IMG/VR virus record: IMGVR_UViG_3300036766_000670
Location: 1 to 64,000 of that record
DNA length: 64,000 bases
Reading direction: 5' to 3' (one strand)
From: a virus
The notes below the pieces were generated by a model. That model ran no database searches and was not told the DNA's origin. It worked only from the letters and a program-made list of their open reading frames with translations. How positions within the stretch are numbered: the first letter of the stretch is position 1; the number at the start of each line of letters is the position of its first letter. Both the position numbers and the translations under genes were made by a program. Positions 56,856 through 64,000 of the stretch are shown here, in pieces.

Positions 56856-57481
56856 ATCTCCATTGCTATATCATAATCTTCTTTGGACATTATTTTATAA
56901 TGGGCGTTCAAATCATGAAGGAAGGGGAAGTGTTCGGAAGTGCAGTTTATAATTGAAACTTGAGCTTTTTGAGTAAATCCCGATATTTGACGATATAATT
57001 TATATGGTGGAATTGGATCATAAGCACCATAGCCATTAGACATAATATACACTTGAATGTTGGGAACATCATTCATGTCTAAAAATCGTAATGCTTCCCA
57101 AAATACACCCTCGGCTGTTTCTCCATCACTAACCATTACGTGAATTCGACGATTTTTATTAGTCAATGCTCGGCCAACGGCGGCAGCTATTCCCATTCCT
57201 AAACTGCCAGTAGAGCAGTAAATGTGATTTTCCTCGTCTAAGTGAGGATGTCCACCATGCTTTTTGAAAAGTTCCTCGGCATCATGACCATAGTATTTTT
57301 CAAGTACAACATATAAAGCGAGGGCAGCATGTCCATTAGAAAGAATGAAAATGTCATCGAGTTTCTTTTTCTTAAAAATCCAATCAATCGTATCTACACA
57401 TGAAAAATAGCTTCCCAGATGAGCAAGTTTATGTTTATAAGCAATCTCAATTATTCGTTTCTTCAAGTCTTTATTTACCAT
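56846..57481 (-). CDS. Transketolase-like, N-terminal TPP-binding subunit
   Basis: AHLGS, FILSNGHA, GHP, TGSLGMG, SDGE..EG..WEA...N. Confidence 0.9.
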   Translation of the reverse strand: MVNKDLKKRIIEIAYKHKLAHLGSYFSCVDTIDWIFKKKKLDDIFILSNGHAALALYVVLEKYYGHDAEELFKKHGGHPHLDEENHIYCSTGSLGMGIAAAVGRALTNKNRRIHVMVSDGETAEGVFWEALRFLDMNDVPNIQVYIMSNGYGAYDPIPPYKLYRQISGFTQKAQVSIINCTSEHFPFLHDLNAHYKIMSKEDYDIAMEICK

Positions 57482-58446
57482 ATAAAATTGTCCTGGTAAT
57501 ATTTTACCACAGTCGGCAATTCTTTGTCAAATTCACAGAGATTTTTCCACCCGAGTTTTCGTAATTTACTATCATCAAGACTATAGCGTAAATCTTGACC
57601 ATCACGAGAATATGAAAAATCACAATAATCTTTTGCTTTTCCAGTTAAATTCACATCTGAACTCATAATAAGTTTAGTTATTTTTTTGACTACCTCTATA
57701 TTAGAAAGTTCACAATCTCCCGAGATGTTATATATCTCATTGAGTGGCGCTCCTTCATCATTGGCATAGATTATAGTTACAACGGCATATGCTGTGTCTT
57801 TAGCATGTAACCATACTCGTTTTGGAAGCCCAAAATTATGAAGAGGAATTTTTTTCCCGAGTTGAATAAATTTGCATGTCTTGGGAATGAGTTTTTCTAC
57901 GTACTGTCCAATCCCATAGTTATTCGTAGGTCTAACAATAATGTATGGAACCTTGAACGTTCTTCCCCAAGCTGTGATAAGCATATCTGCCGCTGCTTTA
58001 GTTGCTGAATATGGATTGCTTGGTTTGAGTAAATCTTTTTCCGTATATGAACCTTCTTTGATGTTTCCATATACTTCGTCGGTGCTAAAATGTAAAAATA
58101 TTGGCATCTTGTACCTATCCTTTTGACGAATGAGTTCCAATAGATGTTTTACTCCTTTGATATTAGAATGAATGAACTCATCACTATTTACGATAGAATT
58201 GTCCACATGTGTTTCAGCAGCAATATTGATTACATAATCGCAATCGTATAATGAAGTCAGATCATTTATATCGGCGTGGATAAACTTGAATTCTTTCCAT
58301 TGAAGAAACTCTTTCAATGCCTCTGGTTGAGCGGCATAGGTCATTTTATCTACTCCGATGACATACCATCCTTCATCTAAACATTCTCTGGTAACATATG
58401 CTCCAATAAATCCAAGGCAACCTGTAATATATACTATTTTTTTCAT
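57475..58446 (-). CDS. rmlB: NDP-glucose 4,6-dehydratase (RmlB-like)
   Basis: ITGCLGFIG, DKMTYAA, AAETHVDNSI, STDEVYG, PYSATKA, NNYG..Q..EKLIP. Confidence 0.88.
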   Translation of the reverse strand: MKKIVYITGCLGFIGAYVTRECLDEGWYVIGVDKMTYAAQPEALKEFLQWKEFKFIHADINDLTSLYDCDYVINIAAETHVDNSIVNSDEFIHSNIKGVKHLLELIRQKDRYKMPIFLHFSTDEVYGNIKEGSYTEKDLLKPSNPYSATKAAADMLITAWGRTFKVPYIIVRPTNNYGIGQYVEKLIPKTCKFIQLGKKIPLHNFGLPKRVWLHAKDTAYAVVTIIYANDEGAPLNEIYNISGDCELSNIEVVKKITKLIMSSDVNLTGKAKDYCDFSYSRDGQDLRYSLDDSKLRKLGWKNLCEFDKELPTVVKYYQDNFIW

Positions 58447-59141
58447 AACATTTTCTTGAATTGAAAGTAAAAATTCCAACTCTGTATTAGTTCATCCGGC
58501 ATTGTTTCCTCACTATTCAGTTTTGGGTAATGCGGAGTTTGTAGCGGTGACGGATAGACCGCAACAGACTCAAGTTTATGTATGTACATAAAATACAAAA
58601 AATTGTCGTAATCCCATAATCCTCTATATAAAAACTGGTGGGCCATTCTCCAATTTGGAATGCTTATCATTAAAATAGAGTTCTTGTGCATCAAACTGTA
58701 TATTTTTTTCATTACATTTGACGGAGCTATCAAGTGTTCGAGGGTATCATTACAAATAATAAGATCATAGACAGGAAAAAGTCCACTTACATCCATATCC
58801 ATAGAAATATCTTTCACAAAAAAGGTTCCTTTGAACTTTTTATTATCAAAATATTTTTTGGCAAATGGTTTATCTACTAAATGATAATTCACTGGATACG
58901 AAAGTTTGGTTTGTATTTTTTGACTTAGAATACCCGGGCCAGACCCAACTTCCAGTATGGTCTTGACCTGAATTGAAGAGACAATTTCAACAGTAAGAGA
59001 TGCTTCGTATTCATATCGGTTATCCCACCCGTTTTCGTCTAATCGTCCGACAGTATCCCATTCATTTGGATCGAGAGTATCTACTTTGTTGGCAGTAAAA
59101 CTTCGTTCAAAATCGTTATGTGTAACTCGGAACATTGCCAT
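58443..59141 (-). CDS. Class I SAM-dependent methyltransferase
   Basis: ILEVGSGPG, YDLIICNDTLEHL, ISIPN. Confidence 0.85.
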   Translation of the reverse strand: MAMFRVTHNDFERSFTANKVDTLDPNEWDTVGRLDENGWDNRYEYEASLTVEIVSSIQVKTILEVGSGPGILSQKIQTKLSYPVNYHLVDKPFAKKYFDNKKFKGTFFVKDISMDMDVSGLFPVYDLIICNDTLEHLIAPSNVMKKIYSLMHKNSILMISIPNWRMAHQFLYRGLWDYDNFLYFMYIHKLESVAVYPSPLQTPHYPKLNSEETMPDELIQSWNFYFQFKKML

Positions 59142-59142
59142 A

Positions 59143-59805
59143 TTAGGTAATTTGTTTCATTTGAAGATTGGTCAGGTCATATTTATATTTTATGGACGAT
59201 TTTTTCAAAAATACTTGCCAGGCGTGGTCAAGCATTTGAAAATTTCCCTGATAAGCATTTAAAAAGGCATCAATTCCTAGTTTTGGTTTTTGTTTTTCGT
59301 CAGTGGTATGAATACCCCATCCATAATTGTTGAAAATAAGAATTCCTCCATCTTTGAGGAGATTCCATGACAGAACAGCATCACTTAATACATCAATTGC
59401 CAAATTAGAACCATCAACATAAACATAATCCACAGTTTCAGATATGAATACACTTGGATCACGAAGTATGTCATACGATTTTCCTTTCATAAACCGAATG
59501 TTTTTGTAAGGAACAATGTTATTTGTGAGATATTCAGTCTCGGTGATGTCAATAGTGTAATGGAGACTATTTTCTCCATTTGTAATTCTATCGGCGCAGA
59601 ACACAGCGCAATCTCCATTATACGCTCCTATTTCTATCCCAAGTACATTTGGTTTATTTGAAAAATGCCCTAAATAAGTTTGCCATTTTGGAATCCACTT
59701 CTCAAAAAAATTTGATCCCATAAATCCTTCGGGTCTTTTCATGTGAAATGGATAAGTGTAGGTTGTAATATCTTTTGTTAATGTATATTCCGCTTTATCA
59801 CTCAT
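59143..59805 (-). CDS. Class I SAM-dependent methyltransferase (Methyltransf_24-like)
   Basis: IEIGAYNG, DYVYVDGS, LLKDGGILIF; canonical DGxH and DDY appear here as DGSN and NNY. Confidence 0.75.
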   Translation of the reverse strand: MSDKAEYTLTKDITTYTYPFHMKRPEGFMGSNFFEKWIPKWQTYLGHFSNKPNVLGIEIGAYNGDCAVFCADRITNGENSLHYTIDITETEYLTNNIVPYKNIRFMKGKSYDILRDPSVFISETVDYVYVDGSNLAIDVLSDAVLSWNLLKDGGILIFNNYGWGIHTTDEKQKPKLGIDAFLNAYQGNFQMLDHAWQVFLKKSSIKYKYDLTNLQMKQIT

Positions 59806-61160
59806 ATGTTTTTAAAAAATTCCTTTACTATTTGTTCTACATAATCCAGTTGTGGTGATGTAATTACTGGACTGGTTCCTAAAAAGAAAGTGTTGGTTGT
59901 TACTAAAGTTGCCACCGGAAAAAGTTTTCTCGCCCACTCAGCGTTCATTCCTATTGCTTGTCGTAATATTCCATAATCATTATGCCACCACCCTATGTCT
60001 GCATATGCAGGTTGAAGAAGAAGATTGCCGCCGAAATAATTTCGGGTTTGAATCTTGTATTCTTCCAAATAACTTGTAAGTTTAGATCGTGTAAATGGGC
60101 CACATTGTTTTACTGTAAGAGGAAATGCAAACCAAGAAGGATCTGAATTCGGCGTAGCTTCATGAATATATAGAAATTCTTCATAGGGTTTGAATATATC
60201 ATATAACCGCTTATAGTTTGCCTTCCGTATTTCGTGGATTTTTGGTAATTTTTTCATCTGAGCAAGTCCAATAGAACATTGAAGTTCTATGGGTTTCAGA
60301 TTATACCCGATATTATCATATACATATTTGTGATCAAATATTTCTTCTGGAAGCGAAGGCAACCAGTTTTTGAATCGGCATCCACAGGTGCCCTTGGGTG
60401 AAAGATTTGCCTTCTTTCCAACACAATAGCATCCACGTCCCCACTCTCTAAAGCTACGGGCGATTTTCTTTTGTTCTTCATTTTCACAAGCAAGAAATCC
60501 ACCTTCGCCCATTGTCATATGATGAGCGGGGTAAAATGAGCATGTAGATAATTTTCCATAACTTCCCAGAGGCTTGTTTCTGTAAGTTGAGCCGAGGGCA
60601 TCACAACAATCTTCCAAAAATATCATGCCATATCTATCCATAATGTCGATCAATTCATCCATATTGGGAGGATTGCCTAACACATGAGCAAATATAATAA
60701 CTGCGGCACCATTTTTGGCAGCTATTTTTACTTGATACAAATCCGGACCAAGATTCCACGGATCAATATCAATAAATACAGGTTCAAATCCGGCTTGAAT
60801 GATTGGATTGACTGTCGTTGGAAATCCTGCTACAGGAACAATGACCTTGGTTCTGTTTTTGAGTTTGAAGTACTTCTTGGCAGTGACCATCATTAAAAGA
60901 TTGGCACTGGAACCACTATTGGTGATTATGCCATAGTATTTTCCAAGCAGGGATGGAAACGTCTTTTCAAATTCCACCGCATCTTGTCCAAGAATAAGCC
61001 ATTCATCGAGCAATGTGTTTATCGCTTTGGAATACTCCTCACCATCAAAGTAAGGACCAGAATATTGAACCCAATCTTTACCTGGAGTCCATATTTTGGC
61101 CGCTTGTTTTTCGGCCATATATTCTTCGATGAGGTTTAATATTTCTTGTTTTGTAACCAT
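59802..61160 (-). CDS. rfbH: NDP-4-keto-6-deoxyglucose 3-dehydrase (RfbH/DdhC-like, DegT family)
   Basis: NSGSSANL, GFPTT.NP, AHVLGNP, EDCCDALG, SFYPAHHMTMGEGG (His at the PLP-Lys position), WGRGCYC...CGCRF. Promoter TTGCCA-17-TATACT at 61197-61169. Confidence 0.9.
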   Translation of the reverse strand: MVTKQEILNLIEEYMAEKQAAKIWTPGKDWVQYSGPYFDGEEYSKAINTLLDEWLILGQDAVEFEKTFPSLLGKYYGIITNSGSSANLLMMVTAKKYFKLKNRTKVIVPVAGFPTTVNPIIQAGFEPVFIDIDPWNLGPDLYQVKIAAKNGAAVIIFAHVLGNPPNMDELIDIMDRYGMIFLEDCCDALGSTYRNKPLGSYGKLSTCSFYPAHHMTMGEGGFLACENEEQKKIARSFREWGRGCYCVGKKANLSPKGTCGCRFKNWLPSLPEEIFDHKYVYDNIGYNLKPIELQCSIGLAQMKKLPKIHEIRKANYKRLYDIFKPYEEFLYIHEATPNSDPSWFAFPLTVKQCGPFTRSKLTSYLEEYKIQTRNYFGGNLLLQPAYADIGWWHNDYGILRQAIGMNAEWARKLFPVATLVTTNTFFLGTSPVITSPQLDYVEQIVKEFFKNI

Positions 61161-61211
61161 ATTTTTGTAGTATATCACCTTTGTTACTACCTGGCAACTT
61201 ATTTTATGTTC

Positions 61212-62141
61212 TTAACCAGTATATATATCTTTTAGATGATCAAATATTTCAAATTGGAGATTTGGATTGAATGTAAGAATTCCAAATGTAACATTGCTCG
61301 GTGATCCAATAAAATAATGACATCGTGACAGGTTTATTGTATCAGTAAGAACATAAACATATTCATCCAAAAGAGATTCGGTTTTAATCCAACCTTTTCT
61401 AAATCCTCCATCTGTAATTGAAGATATACTACTTCCATCCAAATATGATGAGGTTTTTCGTGTCCAATCTTCGAGACCAAAAGTTCTTTGATGGTTGACA
61501 TAAATTAACTTATCCTGAAACTTGATTTTGCAAAGTTCCAAAAACCCATGTTGATCACAACCTAAATATATCTGTTCAAATCCCCCACTTTCAAATGTTC
61601 GTTCTATTTGGTTAAGACACATTTCATGATATTGTTCATTCGAAAGTCGGACAGAAAGCGGTAAGTTTAATTCGGAGTTCTGGAAATAATGAAGAATAAA
61701 TCTATACTGAACCCCAAGAGTTTTCTTTGAGAAATCGGCAAAGGATATTATATTCGGTTTAAGAGTTAAATACTTCGCATAAGCATTGTAAAGAACGGCT
61801 CTCAATTTTCCAAACTTGGGGTTTAAATATATTTTTCCACCGCAATAGAACCATCCCTTATATTCGTCATACATGTCTCCAACAATTTGTTGTCTCAACT
61901 GGTCAACTCTATTTATCCTAAATGATGAACCTTGATAATATCCATCATTGTTTTTGTCAGAAGGTTCAAATTTGTATTTTTGATTAAATAACTCCTCAAA
62001 TATGTTTATACCATCTCTGTCCCATCCGTTCCACAGAATATAAATCGGTTCTCCGCTGAGTTCGGAATACCAGCACCAATCAATAACAGCGTTGAAATTA
62101 CTGAAAAATCCTGCCAGAGGTCTGTTTTTGATGATAATCAT
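61212..62141 (-). CDS. NodZ/GT23-like fucosyltransferase-fold protein
   Basis: AGFFSNF, LGVQYR, IYLGCD, D.INLSRC.YFIGSPSNVT. Confidence 0.6.
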   Translation of the reverse strand: MIIIKNRPLAGFFSNFNAVIDWCWYSELSGEPIYILWNGWDRDGINIFEELFNQKYKFEPSDKNNDGYYQGSSFRINRVDQLRQQIVGDMYDEYKGWFYCGGKIYLNPKFGKLRAVLYNAYAKYLTLKPNIISFADFSKKTLGVQYRFILHYFQNSELNLPLSVRLSNEQYHEMCLNQIERTFESGGFEQIYLGCDQHGFLELCKIKFQDKLIYVNHQRTFGLEDWTRKTSSYLDGSSISSITDGGFRKGWIKTESLLDEYVYVLTDTINLSRCHYFIGSPSNVTFGILTFNPNLQFEIFDHLKDIYTG

Positions 62142-62947
62142 ACTTTTATTGAAATCCAGTCTGAGGGGAACCACGATCCATTTATAAAGTCAAATTCTCC
62201 TGGCCCAACATACTGATATGGACATACTACTATTTTGTCAGGATTAGGATTGAGATATGCTCCCCACCAGCCGAATGTACTATTTGCTATGATATTATGA
62301 TTACACATGGACATTATACACATGTCAACATAGTTAGAGTTATTTTCACTATAAACAACATTATCTCCTGTTATGTTTTCTTTACACCACGGGATGTCAT
62401 CCGAGAAAACTATAATAGTAAATTGTGGAACCTTCGTTTGAATAATGTTAAATGCATCTTGATAATAATTCAAATCAAGATTGAGAGAAGATACTTGTAA
62501 ATAATCTGTGCGTCTGAAATGCATAGATACGAATGGAGGCTTGATGGATTGTAAAAAAGAGGAGGCTTTCTCTACTATTTCTTTTTTGAACCGATATTCT
62601 TTACATATGTCTGATCTATATTCATCCCAATATTTGTACACATGGAAACACCCCATAATATCCCAGTTGAGAGACGGATCTATGGAATAAACATCTAAAT
62701 CTACTACTTGATTTTTCAAATAATATCTGCAAAACTGGACTCCTTGTAGTTCTGACAAGGATACCAACTTTCCGGTTAAGTTAAATGGCTCGAATATTTT
62801 TATCCCACGATGGACATTCATCAATTCTCGAAAAAACACGATATCATGCCCCATTTTTTTGGATAATGCATAGAGACCGGCATATTGACTCATTTGCGAA
62901 CCCATTTGTGGTCCCATAGACAAATCAGTTTTGGTTAGAAAGCTCAT
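62138..62947 (-). CDS. GT11 alpha-1,2-fucosyltransferase-like
   Basis: MGSQMSQYA, MHFRRTDY, VFSDDIPWC, DM.IMSMCNHNIIANSTFGWWGAYL. Confidence 0.9.
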   Translation of the reverse strand: MSFLTKTDLSMGPQMGSQMSQYAGLYALSKKMGHDIVFFRELMNVHRGIKIFEPFNLTGKLVSLSELQGVQFCRYYLKNQVVDLDVYSIDPSLNWDIMGCFHVYKYWDEYRSDICKEYRFKKEIVEKASSFLQSIKPPFVSMHFRRTDYLQVSSLNLDLNYYQDAFNIIQTKVPQFTIIVFSDDIPWCKENITGDNVVYSENNSNYVDMCIMSMCNHNIIANSTFGWWGAYLNPNPDKIVVCPYQYVGPGEFDFINGSWFPSDWISIKV

Positions 62948-62948
62948 C

Positions 62949-63119
62949 TTATTTCCACTTGTTTAAATAATCTACCGCTTTTAGAATTGTAGAAATATTT
63001 TCTCCAAATAAACCAATCGCTTGATTACATTTTTGGCATAATAACTGTTTTACTTTTCTTGTCGTATGGTTGTGATCATCCATATATCTTTTTTGTTGTT
63101 CTTTATCTTTGTATGCCAT
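62949..63119 (-). pseudogene. Internally deleted EndoVII homing endonuclease remnant (56 aa)
   Basis: MAYKDKEQQKRYMDDHNHTTRKVKQLLCQKCNQAIGLFGENISTILKAVDYLNKWK; matches the C-terminus of 17449-17901 but lacks the first CxxC. Confidence 0.8.
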
Positions 63120-63125
63120 ATTATT

Positions 63126-64000
63126 TTATAAAAGATCTTCCAAATAGCGACTGAAAAACTTGTCGTTATCCATCCATAAATCGTCAGCAAGTTTGTAGTT
63201 TTTTTCGATGACTCCAATTCTTTTAGTATAATCATCGGGAGTAAGTGTAGTAACAATATTTAGTAACTCTTCTGGAGTATTGAATGTGATGATTCCATCC
63301 ATATCAAAGAAATCAGAAATATTCGGGCATCCCCAATAAATCGGAATGGTTCCCGTCAAAAAGCAGTCAAGGATTTTTTCACTATAGTAATTCGGATATA
63401 TTCCATTTTCCATTGAAACTGAAAATCGGTATTCTTTCAATGCTTCAATTTTTCCTGCTATCTCACGAATACCAACCCCAAACAAATCTATGTGAGCGCC
63501 TTTGGAGAGGAGATATTCCACACATTTTAGACGAAATTGGTGTCCTTCCGAGAAAGTTTTGGCAGAAGTGATGAAAGATATGTTCTTCGATTTAGGATAC
63601 ACCTTCATCAAAGAGTTATCTTGTAAAATAGGATATGTTTGCTTGTGGATATTCTTGTTTAGAACCACTTCGTAAGCACTATTACGATGTACAGCATTTG
63701 GTAGATGTAATAAATCTTTGCTGCAAGTTATTATCCTATCAAATTTGTCGGCGGAAGTTAGTACTCTTTGATATACTTTACTCTGTTCGAAGAGATAAGG
63801 AGGTTCATGAACATCTGCTACAATTTTTCCGTGTGGAATCTTGTAAGTTCCGTCTAAATACTTCAAAATTTCATCGTCTTGAAACAATGTAATATCGAAT
63901 TCTCCCCAGGTTCTCTTATAAACGAAAGAAAATTTGGTGGGAATGCTATTTCTTTCTTTATAATCCCCGAACATATTGATTTGAGGCAATTTTACACCAC
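63126..64000 (-). CDS. GT10-like glycosyltransferase (5' partial)
   Basis: K..ALKEYRFSVSMEN....NYYSEKILDCFLTGTIPIYWG; frame open to the window edge. Confidence 0.8.
   Translation of the reverse strand, partial: GVKLPQINMFGDYKERNSIPTKFSFVYKRTWGEFDITLFQDDEILKYLDGTYKIPHGKIVADVHEPPYLFEQSKVYQRVLTSADKFDRIITCSKDLLHLPNAVHRNSAYEVVLNKNIHKQTYPILQDNSLMKVYPKSKNISFITSAKTFSEGHQFRLKCVEYLLSKGAHIDLFGVGIREIAGKIEALKEYRFSVSMENGIYPNYYSEKILDCFLTGTIPIYWGCPNISDFFDMDGIITFNTPEELLNIVTTLTPDDYTKRIGVIEKNYKLADDLWMDNDKFFSRYLEDLL

Noticed and set aside
1-64000. Alternative genetic code (stop-codon reassignment)
   Set aside because: Core genes are full length in the standard code, and TAA, TGA and TAG all end conserved proteins (sheath TAA, tube TGA, RNR TAG).

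Overview
This is a 64-kb segment of a large, AT-rich myovirus-type phage genome read in the standard genetic code. No tRNA, rRNA or CRISPR array was seen. Left to right: (1) Ser/Ala-repeat tail-fibre genes and a decayed HNH-AP2 endonuclease. (2) A contractile tail module: enlarged sheath, tube, a gp26-like/chaperone gene with a probable frameshift extension, tape measure, LysM and baseplate proteins. Between sheath and tube lies a block of putative head-packaged effectors: a protein with RuvA-C-like repeats, a HAD nucleotidase, an NTase-hemerythrin-GNAT multidomain protein and an ADP-ribosyltransferase-like protein. (3) A replication/recombination block: atypical short family-A polymerase, gp32-like SSB, UvsX/RecA, 5'-3' exonuclease, DnaB-like helicase, class II RNR, clamp-loader small subunit, dNMP kinase, three DNA methyltransferases and a MoxR-type AAA/vWA pair. 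(4) A minus-strand glycan biosynthesis operon. The most notable unexplained signals are: a shared N-terminal leader plus (I/L/V)-x-E linkers suggesting protease-processed capsid-cargo polyproteins; a TATTTATA motif just upstream of 14 start codons; a T7 slippery site before the tape measure gene; a three-way RNA switch before an EndoVII gene; and [ST][GA]S-rich surface proteins co-encoded with glycosyltransferases. All functional calls come from motif recognition by eye, not from database searches.
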